DNA of 64,000 nucleotides, from IMG/VR virus record IMGVR_UViG_3300007734_000761, positions 64,001-128,000 of that record; one strand, written 5' to 3'. Made by a program: the position numbers and the translations under genes. The notes under the pieces are model-generated. The model had not been told where the DNA came from. It worked only from the letters and a program-made list of their open reading frames with translations, and made no database searches. The stretch is from a virus. This document shows, piece after piece, positions 27,166-37,973 of this stretch (position 1 is the first letter of the stretch; each line of letters begins with the position of its first letter).

Positions 27166-29514
27166 TTAAGCTGTTCTTGTATTAATTTTCATTTGTGATT
27201 CTGTATTAAATCGAGACATTTGTTGGCCTCCTACATTCGTTGTATTTTCGTTTGTAAGAGTTATATTAATATTTCTGTCTCCTCTAGCTCCTGAGTTAGG
27301 GATATTAATCCCTCCACCACCTCCGGCTCCACTAACATTAGCTTCTCCATCAGATAAAGAATTAATAATAGCATATCCGGCGGCAGCGGCGGCGGCAGCA
27401 ACAACTAAACCTAATCCTCCAGTCAACACAGCATTCATAAATGTTGCTTCGGCTGCTAATGCTGCAAATTTAGGAATTGCTTTAGCAATACCTAATCCTA
27501 CATTATATATCCCAGTCACCATTTTTATTCCTATAATACCTGCTATACTACCTACTATAAATTTAAGAGTTCCTGCTTGACCTAACAATGTTGCCATTCT
27601 ATCAATTAAATCTCCAAAAGGTCCATTTACTGCATTAGCTACAGTTTCTGATAGTTTTTCAATAGCCAGTTGGAATTTAGTTTGATTATCTATTTGAGCT
27701 GCTTGTTTAGCTAATTCTTCTCCATTTGCTGCTCGAGCTAATTCGGCATTTAATTTAGTATAATCTCCAGTTCTAGCTGCTTCTCTCGCAACTTCCTCAA
27801 AAGCAGCTTGTGTTTCAAATGCTGTTCCTTTTAAAAGTTCTTGTTGTTTTAAAGAAGTTGCTAATTCATCTGTGGTTAAGCCAATAGCTGCTGCTAAACT
27901 CTTTTGTTGAAGAACGTTGAGTTGTTGATATTCTTCAATTCCTCCAACGTTATCCATTAATTCTTTTGCAGCTTTAGCACTGTCTCCCATTAAAGCGTAG
28001 TATCTAGCTTGTTCTAAGTTAAGAGCTTTACCTGTTAATAATTCTGCTTCTAATTCTTTACTTAAACTTCCTGCAAAATCATCAACTAAACTACTTCCCA
28101 TTTTTGCAGTTTGTTCTAAAGTTAAGCCTAAAAGTTGAGCTTGAGTAACAGCTTCAGCTAAAAGTGTTGGGTTATTTTTATATTGAGCGGCTAACTGACC
28201 TCCTATTTTAGCTACATCTGATAAAACTTTTCTGTAGTCTAATGTTATTCCTGTTGCTTTTCTAGTGTTTACTACTTGATCACCAATAGCTACTGCTGTT
28301 TGGTGAGCAGTCATGTTATTTAACTTGCCTATACCATAAATTTTAGCACCTTCTTCACCTTGAAGACCCATGCCTTTTACAATTTCTATTTGGTCAATTC
28401 GACTTTGAGCAGTAAATAATGCTCCTGTTCCTAAACTTTTATTTAATTCGTTGTTAGCTTCTATTTGATTTTTAATACTAGCTTGAGTACTAGAAACGTT
28501 TTTATTTATTTGTGATGCTTCGAAGCTGGTTTCTTGAAAGCTATCTGCTAAAATTCTAGCTCCTTCTTTACTTACTTGTACAGACTTACCAAATTCAGTT
28601 AAAGTTTTATCTAAAGCTAAAACATTTTTTAATATAGCATTAAAACTAATTCCAATAGCATCAAGTTGTGTATTAATAAAATTAAGACTAGCTTGTATTC
28701 CGGGGAATTCTTTGATTTTATTAATGTAAAGTAAAGTATAAGATACTATTTTTTGGAAAAAAGTAAGTTGTTGTTTTAAAATATCTAATTCATCTTGGTG
28801 GTTTCTAACAGTATTACGAGAAATGTCCATTTGTTTTTGAGCTAAAGCAAATGCTTGTAATTGTGCTATTTCTTCTTGTGATAAGTTTTTAAGTAATTGT
28901 CCTTTACCAGTATTGATCTGGTTGACAACTTCCATTTGTTTTTTGAGCTCTCTTACTACTAGTCCAGCGTTTAAATATTCTTTTCTTGCTGCTTCTATTT
29001 TTTGTGGATCAGTTCCTGTTCTTCTAACGTCATCGTAAGCTAATCTTTTTTCAGTTAATTCATTTATTTTTTCGTCTATTTTATATCTAGCAGTTAAACC
29101 GTTTATATACTGTTGAGCTAACTTTTGTGCTTTAGTTGCTTCGGTGCTGTTAATGTCACCTAATTTTTTTTCAATATCAATTGATTTTTGTTTATTTTCT
29201 GCAAATTCCTTTCCAGCTTTTTTAATTTTGTCATTTAATTCAGCATATCTTGTAGAATATTCATTAGTTTTCTTTAAAGCTTCTAACTGGTCTTTAATAG
29301 CCTCAGATAAAGATTGAGCTTCATCTTTAGCACTTTTAAATGCATCAGAAATAGATTTTAATTTATCAACTTGAGTACTATATCTTTGATTTAAACGTTC
29401 AGCAAGATTTTCTTGATCTTTTAATTCATCTGTTAACTTTTGGGAATAACCCAACTGTTGTCTAGATTTATCTACACTGTCATTTTGTAACTGATCAATT
29501 GTGCCTGTCGCCAT
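27166..29514 (-). CDS. Tail tape measure protein
   Basis: 782 aa, helical and A/Q/L/K-rich with hydrophobic C-terminal segments; follows tube and chaperone genes. Confidence 0.75.
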   Translation of the reverse strand: MATGTIDQLQNDSVDKSRQQLGYSQKLTDELKDQENLAERLNQRYSTQVDKLKSISDAFKSAKDEAQSLSEAIKDQLEALKKTNEYSTRYAELNDKIKKAGKEFAENKQKSIDIEKKLGDINSTEATKAQKLAQQYINGLTARYKIDEKINELTEKRLAYDDVRRTGTDPQKIEAARKEYLNAGLVVRELKKQMEVVNQINTGKGQLLKNLSQEEIAQLQAFALAQKQMDISRNTVRNHQDELDILKQQLTFFQKIVSYTLLYINKIKEFPGIQASLNFINTQLDAIGISFNAILKNVLALDKTLTEFGKSVQVSKEGARILADSFQETSFEASQINKNVSSTQASIKNQIEANNELNKSLGTGALFTAQSRIDQIEIVKGMGLQGEEGAKIYGIGKLNNMTAHQTAVAIGDQVVNTRKATGITLDYRKVLSDVAKIGGQLAAQYKNNPTLLAEAVTQAQLLGLTLEQTAKMGSSLVDDFAGSLSKELEAELLTGKALNLEQARYYALMGDSAKAAKELMDNVGGIEEYQQLNVLQQKSLAAAIGLTTDELATSLKQQELLKGTAFETQAAFEEVAREAARTGDYTKLNAELARAANGEELAKQAAQIDNQTKFQLAIEKLSETVANAVNGPFGDLIDRMATLLGQAGTLKFIVGSIAGIIGIKMVTGIYNVGLGIAKAIPKFAALAAEATFMNAVLTGGLGLVVAAAAAAAGYAIINSLSDGEANVSGAGGGGGINIPNSGARGDRNINITLTNENTTNVGGQQMSRFNTESQMKINTRTA

Positions 29515-29531
29515 GTTAATAAATATTTACG

Positions 29532-29765
29532 TTATGATTTTTTTACCTTACTTATAAAATCAGGAACATTTGTAGATTTAGCATATGATTTAGCATCCAT
29601 AGTATTAGATCCTTTCATTGCTTTTTCTTCAGCTTCAGCCTTTTTCTGTAGAAATTCGTTGATTTTCTTGATGTGATAACGACGAGTCATAATAGGCATT
29701 TGCCAAACTTCACTGTAAATAAAACCACCGCCTCCATGATAAGTTAAATCATGAACTTCGGTCAT
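29532..29765 (-). CDS. gp51-like / tail chaperone second ORF, possibly reached by +1 frameshift
   Basis: HGGGGF.YSEVWQMP...RRY pattern; frame stays open upstream into the end of the previous gene. Confidence 0.65.
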   Translation of the reverse strand: MTEVHDLTYHGGGGFIYSEVWQMPIMTRRYHIKKINEFLQKKAEAEEKAMKGSNTMDAKSYAKSTNVPDFISKVKKS

Positions 29766-29775
29766 AAAAGTAGAC

Positions 29776-30534
29776 CTATAAGCTGGCGTCAGGCCAAAGA
29801 AAGTTTAGATTCATAGGTACAGAGACACCCTCCACAATGTCTCCTTTACTGTCTTCATAGTTAAAAACCATGTCTAAGTCAGGTGTAATTTCATTTATAT
29901 GTTTGCGAAAAGCGCGTGAATCTTGCAACAACATATTATCCACGAATAAACGAATTTTTTCTGCGTTAGAGTCACCGTTTACCGCGATAATTTGGTATTT
30001 TAAACGTGTGGTTACATCAAAACTTTCTTGAGGATACAACTTCTTTAAACCTCTAAGTTCTTCTTCAATTTTACTTTCATCACCGTGAGTTAAAAGTTTA
30101 AAAGTAACTGTTACTTTACTTTGAGGAAGATTAAAATTAAATTCATTTTTTCCTTTAATAAATAAAGTTTCGTTAATTTTCTTGTCTTTTAATTCACTTA
30201 AATTAATAGTTGTTGAAATTTTCTTTCCGTATTTGTCTGTTACTTCTACTGGGTATTCTGCTCCATAACCTAAAATACGTGCTGCTACTAAAATAGCATT
30301 TTTGTCTCCTAAAATCAATTCACTGTAATCAATTTTACTTACAATCATACTTTGTAAAAGTTTGTCAACTACAATTCCTTTTTCAAGAAAATTTTGGTTA
30401 GTTAGAATGTCTTCTTCTTTAGCAGACATGTACTTTAGTTCAATAGTTCCTGAACTTAATGGACTAGATTCTGGATAAACTAAACCTTTACTAGGTAAGT
30501 CAATAACTTCTGTTGGAAATTTAAATTCGCTCAT
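29776..30534 (-). CDS. gp26-like baseplate hub assembly / tail chaperone
   Basis: PTEVIDLPSKG, MSAKEEDIL, GDKNAILVAARILGYG, ends FLWPD. Confidence 0.75.
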   Translation of the reverse strand: MSEFKFPTEVIDLPSKGLVYPESSPLSSGTIELKYMSAKEEDILTNQNFLEKGIVVDKLLQSMIVSKIDYSELILGDKNAILVAARILGYGAEYPVEVTDKYGKKISTTINLSELKDKKINETLFIKGKNEFNFNLPQSKVTVTFKLLTHGDESKIEEELRGLKKLYPQESFDVTTRLKYQIIAVNGDSNAEKIRLFVDNMLLQDSRAFRKHINEITPDLDMVFNYEDSKGDIVEGVSVPMNLNFLWPDASL

Positions 30535-30565
30535 AATAACTTATTTATAATAAATATATACAAAC

Positions 30566-30592
30566 AAAAAAAGTCTGGCAAAAGCCAGACTT
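30566..30592 (-). terminator. Intrinsic terminator after the tail tube gene
   Basis: Minus strand AAGTCTGGC-TTTT-GCCAGACTT-TTTTT. Confidence 0.8.
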
Positions 30593-30617
30593 CCTTTGTA
30601 TCTTTTGAGTATATATT

Positions 30618-31106
30618 TTAGTAGTTCAGGATGCAATAATCCATAGCAAGAGTCAAAGTAATGTCTTTCAACGATTCACCTTGACTCCAATCACCTTCAC
30701 CGAAATTGGCTTGTTTGATAAATGCACCTTTAATGATCCACTCACCTACAACATCACCAACAGGACCTAATTCACTCAATGTAATATCTTTTTTATAGAA
30801 ATCTGAGTAACCATCACGGCCTGTTACTGATTCGTGTGATAAACGAATCCATTCCATTACTACCTGTTCACCTGAAGGTGTTACAGGATCGTAAAGGTTC
30901 ATTGTCATGTCCTGCCATTCAGCTTTTCCCTTAATTTTACGATATACGTTAATATGGTCAACTTTAATTGAGTTTAAGTTAACTTCAGGGAATTTTACTT
31001 TATGAACTAAGTAAGCAGGAACACCTTGAATAGTCATTAAAAAGCGGTTTTGAACTTTTGGTTCAAAAGCTGTAAACATTATTTCGTTAGGGTTTAATAC
31101 TGGCAT
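30618..31106 (-). CDS. Tail tube protein (gp19-like)
   Basis: FEPKVQNRF, GKAEWQD, YDP, YKKDITL, W.IKGAF; directly after the sheath. Confidence 0.85.
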   Translation of the reverse strand: MPVLNPNEIMFTAFEPKVQNRFLMTIQGVPAYLVHKVKFPEVNLNSIKVDHINVYRKIKGKAEWQDMTMNLYDPVTPSGEQVVMEWIRLSHESVTGRDGYSDFYKKDITLSELGPVGDVVGEWIIKGAFIKQANFGEGDWSQGESLKDITLTLAMDYCILNY

Positions 31107-31137
31107 TGTCTTATGTTTTTATCTTGTTATAAATATG

Positions 31138-33333
31138 TTAAGCTCCAAAAGTTACACCAGTTGGGGTAATGTTAAAGGTAATGTAGATAAATTCAACTGT
31201 TTTAGCAGGTTGAATGTAAATAGCTCCTACCAATTGGTTTCTGTCAATTACATCAGGAGTGTTGTTACTATCATCCATTACTACCTTATATGCATAAAGA
31301 CCTTGTCTTTGTTGCACTGATTCCATGTATGGGTTAACTTGTGAAACGAAGTTATTTCTTGTAGTTAAAGTATTTTGTTCGAACAACAAGCTTTCTGCAA
31401 CTGCTCTAACATATCTCTTTAAGTTGATCAACAAACGACGAACGTTTACGCGATCCAAAGCACTAGCTTTAGTTTGTAATGTTTTCTGACCGTAAGCTAC
31501 CAAACCAACACCAGGGAAACTAGCAATTGGGTTAACTTTATTTTGGTATAAAGTATCGCGATCGTTTGTGCCTAATTTTCTTTCAGCTTGTAAAGCACCT
31601 CCAACACCACCTCTGTTCAAACCAGCAGGAGCGAACCACTCAGCACTTACTCTATCGTTAAATGCATAAACACCAGGCATTACTGTTGAAGCTGGAACCC
31701 AAACTAATTTACCTGTAGCAGCACTTAATACTTGAACCCAAGGCCAATAAGCCGCTGCATAGTTAGTATTTAATTGGTTAGCTAAAACACCAGGAGTGTT
31801 AATTGTAGCTCCATATCCTACTAAGTCGGCAATATAAAAACAATCACCTCTTTCTTCAGCCATAGTAATATATTGAGATACTACTGTTGATTGATATTGT
31901 TGTGTAATACCAGGAGCTGAAAGTAATGAGAAGTTGTATTCGTCTGGGTTAGCTAAGATATCATCAACTATAGTGTAATCTGAAGCTACTAATCCTTGAG
32001 TAACTGTGCTGATGTTTTGATATAAATTAGTTGTATAATCTAAATCATTTCCAATAGCACCACCAAAACTACCAGATCCAGTTGTTGGGATTGAATTATA
32101 GTATTGAGTTTTAGCAATACCGTTGTTATTAAAATAGTTATAAGTTGGTGTTAATACTTCTTTTACTCTTACATAGCGAGAAGCATTAGCATATGATCCA
32201 CTACCTTGAATGTAATATTGACCTGTTGAGCTATCATAAGCTACTGTTTGGCTGTAATTACCTACTACTGCTTCAATATAGTTAGCTTGATTAGGATCTA
32301 AACTTACGTTAGTGAAACTTTCTAATACATTAGGGTTTGTTGTTGTGTCATCACCTTGACGAATTAACAATGTAAACGTACCACTAGCTGTGTCAGGACT
32401 AACAATTTGCCATCTTACGTTATCCATACTACCACTTATTAAGGCACCATTTGATTGAAGTCCTTGGTTATTATTCATAATAACTCCTTCAGAAATAGTT
32501 TCTAAAGTAAATGCGTATCCTGGATTTCCATTAACACCATTTGCTGTAGTTCCTAATAAGCCTGTACCGTTATCAACATACCCAATAAGAGCATAATTAG
32601 CATCATAATAAGGAACTGGATCATCTAATGAAACATAAGCTCCGTTATAAGCAGCTCCTTGAAGAGATGCAGTTAATGCAATTGTGTTATTACCAGAATT
32701 ATAATTAACTGTAAATAAACCAGCTCCACTTGAACCTAAAACAGTATTCATTTTAGCTTGAAGATTTTGGTTTAATATTACTCTACTATCTGATCCACTA
32801 TTCCAAGCATAGAAGTAAACTAATCCATCAGCATCATCTTGAGGAACTGTTCCACTTCCTGAAGTGTTTACAGCAATAAATTTATACCAAGAAGTTCCAA
32901 ATACAAAGTTTGTTTGGAAGTTTGGAGTTACTTCACTTGAAGGAACACTAGTTAAATTTTGATAAGTATTTAATGTAAAGCTGCAACTAGCATAAGCTCC
33001 ATTTACTGCTGATACTTGGTTACCTATACTAGAAGTAGCTGAAGTATATGAACCAGATGTTACTCTAGTTACTAAAATACTTTCACCACCTTGTTGGAAG
33101 TAATTGTAAGCAGCTATAGAAGTTAAAAATTCATAGTTAGCTGATGCGCTTTCAAATAAATCACCAAATTTACTTTGGAAATCACTGTAAGTTGTTACAA
33201 GAGTTGGAATATTAACACGACCTTTAACAGTAGGGCCTATTAAAGCTAATCCTGCTGTAATAGGGCCTGAAGTTATTTGAGAGGTGTCGTTTTCTCTCAA
33301 TGATACACCCGGAGATAATAGTACTTCTGCCAT
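31138..33333 (-). CDS. Contractile tail sheath protein (gp18-like)
   Basis: SPGV...E.D, WFAPAGLNRG, LY..KVNPI, GQKT, LDRVNVRRLL, LFEQN. Confidence 0.95.
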   Translation of the reverse strand: MAEVLLSPGVSLRENDTSQITSGPITAGLALIGPTVKGRVNIPTLVTTYSDFQSKFGDLFESASANYEFLTSIAAYNYFQQGGESILVTRVTSGSYTSATSSIGNQVSAVNGAYASCSFTLNTYQNLTSVPSSEVTPNFQTNFVFGTSWYKFIAVNTSGSGTVPQDDADGLVYFYAWNSGSDSRVILNQNLQAKMNTVLGSSGAGLFTVNYNSGNNTIALTASLQGAAYNGAYVSLDDPVPYYDANYALIGYVDNGTGLLGTTANGVNGNPGYAFTLETISEGVIMNNNQGLQSNGALISGSMDNVRWQIVSPDTASGTFTLLIRQGDDTTTNPNVLESFTNVSLDPNQANYIEAVVGNYSQTVAYDSSTGQYYIQGSGSYANASRYVRVKEVLTPTYNYFNNNGIAKTQYYNSIPTTGSGSFGGAIGNDLDYTTNLYQNISTVTQGLVASDYTIVDDILANPDEYNFSLLSAPGITQQYQSTVVSQYITMAEERGDCFYIADLVGYGATINTPGVLANQLNTNYAAAYWPWVQVLSAATGKLVWVPASTVMPGVYAFNDRVSAEWFAPAGLNRGGVGGALQAERKLGTNDRDTLYQNKVNPIASFPGVGLVAYGQKTLQTKASALDRVNVRRLLINLKRYVRAVAESLLFEQNTLTTRNNFVSQVNPYMESVQQRQGLYAYKVVMDDSNNTPDVIDRNQLVGAIYIQPAKTVEFIYITFNITPTGVTFGA

Positions 33334-33391
33334 TTTATTAGATTGTTTCTAGTAATAAATATGAAAAAGAACCTACAAAACGCTATTAAAT

Positions 33392-35668
33392 CTAAATATT
33401 TGGTAAAGAATTAAATACAGTTAAAGGAGAAATAGATTTTTCACAAATATGTTGTTTATCTGTTCCTTTCCATATAGGACACCAATCCCAATCTCCAGGA
33501 TCAAAAGTAAAATTAACATTGTTCCAACATGAATTACAAGCATGTTCATTTTGAATTCTTATATTGTTACTTAAAAACTCATGGTCTTTTTGTGAGAAAC
33601 CACTTATCATTACTGTTTGTTTTCCTAAAGCCCAATTTATCCATGACAAACCTGAACTAAGTCCTATTAAAAATTTGGCGTTATATAAAATATCCATAGA
33701 TTCATTTAATGTTTTACCATGAATATTTAAATTACCTTTTATGTTGTATGGTTTACTTGTAAGAGTAACTACAGTGTAACCTAATTCACGCAACATTTTA
33801 GATAATACTACCCAACTATCATAAGGCCATTCTTTACAACCAGTTGTTGACTCAGGAGCTATAACTATATAATCAGCTTTTGTTGATTTAGGCTTTAAAG
33901 TAAAATTTATTCCATAGTTTAATTCTTTAAATTCTAAACCTAAAATATCAGATGCTGTTTTTTGTAAAGGCTGAGTATTTGGATAATTAGGATAATAATC
34001 AAACTTATCCCACTTTCCAGATTCTCCCTTCATCCATCCTATTCTATATACTACATAACATTCTGTAGAATTTCCAGGTTCTATAAATTCAATATCTTTA
34101 TAAGCATCTAAACCTTTAAACCAACTGTTATGGAATGTACTTAAAATTACTTTACAGTTATGTTTTTTAGCAAATTCAACGGCATATGGAGTCCAAGCAA
34201 CTGTGTCACCTATACTTTTTGATTCTAATCCAATTAATACACGTTTATTAGTTAAATTAAATTCATCTACAACACTTCCATTAACTTTAATTTTCCATTT
34301 AGTATAATATTTTCTAGAACATAAAGTCCACATATTATTTTTAATAGTATCTTTATGAATTACATTGTTATTTTCATCTAAAAATTCAATGTCGTATTTT
34401 TCATCAATGTCACCTATGATTTCAACTTTAGGACCATCAATATAACTAATTTTTATTTCATTTTTTTGAGGAATATAAGGATATTTTTTATTAAATTCTA
34501 ATATTGTTTTAAAACCAATTTCACCTATTTTCTCCCAGCTAAATTGTTCTCTTATTTTATTAGAATCTTCAATAGCATTTTTCTTTAAATCACTATTAAA
34601 GTTATATGCTAATCTCATTTTTTTAGATAAATCTTCAAAATCTGGTTCATAATAATTACCTGTATATCCATTAAAATGATTATATGAAGAATTACTTGCT
34701 GGTTTTTCGCCTAATATGTTTACTGGTATTCCTTTACCTTCTGCAAATTCTAATTGACCTGAGCAATTAGAATAAATTGATGGGATCCCACAAGCCATTG
34801 CTTCTATTAAAGGTAAGTTCCATCCTTCTGAACGAGCACAAGACAGAAATACATTACATGATTTTAGTATTTTAATGTATTCTTCTCTTTGAGGAAAATG
34901 AATTATTTTTATTCTTTCATCTTCTAAACCATAATATTTTAGTCTATTTTCTGTAGTTTCTAAATTGTCTCCTGAAAATGGATTATCTATAGAAACAATT
35001 AAGTCAACAGGTTCGTCTTTATCAAATGTTTTAAGAAATGTTTCAATAATTTCTTTAGTTGATTTTCTGTAATCCCATCTTCCTGCTAAAAAGAATTTAA
35101 ATCTACCATCTGAGGTTAACTCATGAGTAGTCTTTTCAGGAAAAAAGATATTAATATCAACTCCTTCAGGAACAACTTTGATTTTATCAGGATCATATCC
35201 TTGAGCAATAGTTACATCACGTTGCCATTTTGAAGGAACCCACATTTCATCAAATTCTTTTAATTTATTAAAGAAATTTTCGGGTTGAAGAGTAGTTTCC
35301 CATACATTATATGCGATTTTAGGTCCTTTATAATCATCGTAAAATAAATGATGGTCAGTTTCACATAAAACAATATTTAAATCTTGACGAAATTCTTTAG
35401 AATTATCAGGATAAATTTTATAATTACTTCTACTTCCATCATTATTCCAAAGAATTTGTTCATATAAAATAGATTTATCTACTTCATTAATATAAGGTTC
35501 ATTATTATGAGGAGTTTCATTATAACCATCCCAACTTTTTCCTATAGTAAAATTTCTAACTTTCAGTTGTAAATGTTTAGATATTTCTCTAAAAAAATCT
35601 CTAGTATGTTGATTATAACCTGTAGTTCCTATATAAGAACCATGTATATATACTTTGGGTTTATTCAT
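33392..35668 (-). CDS. Fusion: GT4 glycosyltransferase + Aah/TibC-like protein O-heptosyltransferase domain
   Basis: N-terminal half: TGY, WET, VPSKW, RWDYRK, SEGWNLPLIEAMACG (GT4). C-terminal half: SIGDTVAW, IGLSSGLSWINWALG..TVMISGFS...EF, CNSCWN...DWDWCP...C (iron-finger Cys pattern). Confidence 0.8.
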   Translation of the reverse strand: MNKPKVYIHGSYIGTTGYNQHTRDFFREISKHLQLKVRNFTIGKSWDGYNETPHNNEPYINEVDKSILYEQILWNNDGSRSNYKIYPDNSKEFRQDLNIVLCETDHHLFYDDYKGPKIAYNVWETTLQPENFFNKLKEFDEMWVPSKWQRDVTIAQGYDPDKIKVVPEGVDINIFFPEKTTHELTSDGRFKFFLAGRWDYRKSTKEIIETFLKTFDKDEPVDLIVSIDNPFSGDNLETTENRLKYYGLEDERIKIIHFPQREEYIKILKSCNVFLSCARSEGWNLPLIEAMACGIPSIYSNCSGQLEFAEGKGIPVNILGEKPASNSSYNHFNGYTGNYYEPDFEDLSKKMRLAYNFNSDLKKNAIEDSNKIREQFSWEKIGEIGFKTILEFNKKYPYIPQKNEIKISYIDGPKVEIIGDIDEKYDIEFLDENNNVIHKDTIKNNMWTLCSRKYYTKWKIKVNGSVVDEFNLTNKRVLIGLESKSIGDTVAWTPYAVEFAKKHNCKVILSTFHNSWFKGLDAYKDIEFIEPGNSTECYVVYRIGWMKGESGKWDKFDYYPNYPNTQPLQKTASDILGLEFKELNYGINFTLKPKSTKADYIVIAPESTTGCKEWPYDSWVVLSKMLRELGYTVVTLTSKPYNIKGNLNIHGKTLNESMDILYNAKFLIGLSSGLSWINWALGKQTVMISGFSQKDHEFLSNNIRIQNEHACNSCWNNVNFTFDPGDWDWCPIWKGTDKQHICEKSISPLTVFNSLPNI

Positions 35669-35676
35669 TTATAAAA

Positions 35677-36624
35677 TTAATTATATGTTATAACGTTTCT
35701 AGGTATACTATTAATAATAGTATTGTATTCTATAACTTCATCATTAAATATAACTTTAAAAGAATCAATATTTAAATCAAACCTTTGAGGAATTAAACTT
35801 TCTATATTATAAATTTCTTGATTATTAAGTAATACTTTTAAATTACCATCTTTTATATCATATAAAACAAAAGAAAATTTATCTACCCAATGATTAGATC
35901 CAAAGACAGTTTCTTCTTTAGTGCTAAAAAATATTTTATAATTTTCACTTTGAGAAAAATTAAATAAATTATTATCACACCCATTTATATATGTAATTAA
36001 ATCTTTAACGGGAAATTCTGATTTAGACATAGGAATGTCTTCTAATATAATCTCAATAAAGTCTTCAGCAAAACCATTTAGTCTTATATATTCGTCTTTA
36101 TTTATTTTACTTAAAAACTTTATTAAATTTTCTTTACCAAAATTTATAAAAAGAGGAGATACATTCCATTGATCAAGAGGATCATTAGGATTTATAGCAT
36201 GGTATGTAATATTTGTTTTATTATTTAATATGTCTTGGGTTAGTTTATCTGATACAATTATATCATAAGTAATATGGTAAAAAATATCATAATCATATGT
36301 TAATGCTATTTCTGATAATTTTTTCATTTGATATACTGCTGCCCAACCATAATCATCTATATCTCTATGAAGAATAATTTCTTTATCATATTGATTCTTT
36401 TGTTTCCACCAGAAAGTATTAGCTCTTTCGGGCCAATACAAAAGTGGGTTTTCTTTTGTTTGAAAATAAAAATCAAAGTGTTTAGTTACAGCGGGTTCAA
36501 GAGGAATACAACTATTTACCATTACATCTACTCCTAAAGATTTGAAAGTTTTAGCACCTTCTACAAGAACATGAATTTTTTCTGGAGTATCACAATAAGT
36601 GCTTACTAAAGCTATTTTTTTCAT
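35677..36624 (-). CDS. Putative glycosyltransferase-like protein
   Basis: ALVSTYCDT, DYGWAA, YDIFYHITYD; GT-A-like by appearance only; start MKKIAL at 36624. Confidence 0.35.
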   Translation of the reverse strand: MKKIALVSTYCDTPEKIHVLVEGAKTFKSLGVDVMVNSCIPLEPAVTKHFDFYFQTKENPLLYWPERANTFWWKQKNQYDKEIILHRDIDDYGWAAVYQMKKLSEIALTYDYDIFYHITYDIIVSDKLTQDILNNKTNITYHAINPNDPLDQWNVSPLFINFGKENLIKFLSKINKDEYIRLNGFAEDFIEIILEDIPMSKSEFPVKDLITYINGCDNNLFNFSQSENYKIFFSTKEETVFGSNHWVDKFSFVLYDIKDGNLKVLLNNQEIYNIESLIPQRFDLNIDSFKVIFNDEVIEYNTIINSIPRNVITYN

Positions 36625-36625
36625 T

Positions 36626-37210
36626 TTATTTTTGAATAAAACCAATCCCACCCCAATTAGAATCTGCTAAAAACCAAGTTTTTTCACCTTGTAATTCATT
36701 CCAAAAAGTATCAACAAAACATCCTTGAACATGGTGGTTTTCGGTATCTTTAATATCATGAAAACCAATCCATCCCCCAGGCTTAACAAATTCTTTATAC
36801 ATATGATAATCTAATTTTACACCTAAATGTGAATGATCACCATCAATAAATAAAAAGTCTAACTTTCTGTCTCCTATAATAGATTTAACAGAATTATACA
36901 TAGATTCAGCATGAGAATCTCCATCTAAAATATGAACATTTGATCCTAAGCTATAAAGTTTACTATTTCTAGCTTGAATATTAAAAGTATTTTTACCCCA
37001 CGGACCGTGAGCCCAATCTACACTTATTCGAAGACCATCAGGATCTGATACTCTGCTCCAACACACAAAAGTTCCTCCTTGATCTGTTCCTATTTCCATA
37101 AAATTTTTAACGTTTAATTTTTTTACAAATTCAAGAGCATTTTCAATTTCATAAGGATTTTGCATCATTCCTAAATGATAGGCTTCATCAATAATTTCTT
37201 TATTAGTCAT
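36626..37210 (-). CDS. Class I SAM methyltransferase (Methyltransf_24 / sugar O-methyltransferase-like)
   Basis: MEIGTDQGGT, LDFLFIDGDHS, VKPGGWIGFHD. Confidence 0.85.
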   Translation of the reverse strand: MTNKEIIDEAYHLGMMQNPYEIENALEFVKKLNVKNFMEIGTDQGGTFVCWSRVSDPDGLRISVDWAHGPWGKNTFNIQARNSKLYSLGSNVHILDGDSHAESMYNSVKSIIGDRKLDFLFIDGDHSHLGVKLDYHMYKEFVKPGGWIGFHDIKDTENHHVQGCFVDTFWNELQGEKTWFLADSNWGGIGFIQK

Positions 37211-37217
37211 ACTGGTT

Positions 37218-37246
37218 ATTATAATAATTTTATTTTATTTTTCCAA
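37218..37246 (-). promoter_or_regulatory. Class A promoter TTGGAA-N17-TATAAT
   Basis: Exact 17-nt spacer; -10 box 7 nt before the ATG. Confidence 0.6.
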
Positions 37247-37972
37247 ATTTAATTTAATATTGTTATAATCTTCAAATTTAGGATGAATTGCTATAAAATC
37301 AGAATTAAATTCAGTATTAGGAATAGGGTAAATTTTATATCCTATATTTTTTAAAAATTTAAATACATCATCTTGATATTCTGAGAGAGTTTCAAATAAT
37401 ATGATTGGATGATTTTGTTTAATTGTTTTTATGGCTCCTTGTAAAGTTTTAAGTTCATAGCCTTCTACATCTATTTTTATAAAATGAGGAGATAAATTAT
37501 AACTATCTAAGGTTTTTATGTTAATGTTATTTATTTCTAAATCATCTTCTAAAGATCTTCCACCATAGTTAATTACATCAACATTTCTATTTCCTTCCCA
37601 ATTAACACTACTGTGTTTCCATAAGTCTCCAAAACTACTTTTTTTATTGGTTTCTCCTAAGCCTACATTAAAACAAGTTATTTTATTATCTAATCCATTT
37701 AAAAATACATTTCCACAAAGTTGATTAAATAATGGGAGTTGAGGTTCAAAAGCATAAACTTGTTTAGAATAAAAACCAAAGTTTACAGTATGAAATCCCA
37801 TATGAGCTCCAATGTCTAAAACTACATAATGAGACTTTAATATAGATTTATATAATTCAATTATTTCTGGTTCCCAGATATGTTCGTTATAGATTCTATA
37901 TCCAATGAAATCTTTAGTATTAGTTAAAAAAGAACCATTATTAGTATTTACTATCCAGCAACCTTCTTTCAT
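37235..37972 (-). CDS. FkbM-family methyltransferase
   Basis: VLDIGAHMG, YAFEP, FIKIDVEGYE...GA..TI....P.I..E. Confidence 0.9.
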   Translation of the reverse strand: MKEGCWIVNTNNGSFLTNTKDFIGYRIYNEHIWEPEIIELYKSILKSHYVVLDIGAHMGFHTVNFGFYSKQVYAFEPQLPLFNQLCGNVFLNGLDNKITCFNVGLGETNKKSSFGDLWKHSSVNWEGNRNVDVINYGGRSLEDDLEINNINIKTLDSYNLSPHFIKIDVEGYELKTLQGAIKTIKQNHPIILFETLSEYQDDVFKFLKNIGYKIYPIPNTEFNSDFIAIHPKFEDYNNIKLNLEK

Positions 37973-37973
37973 A

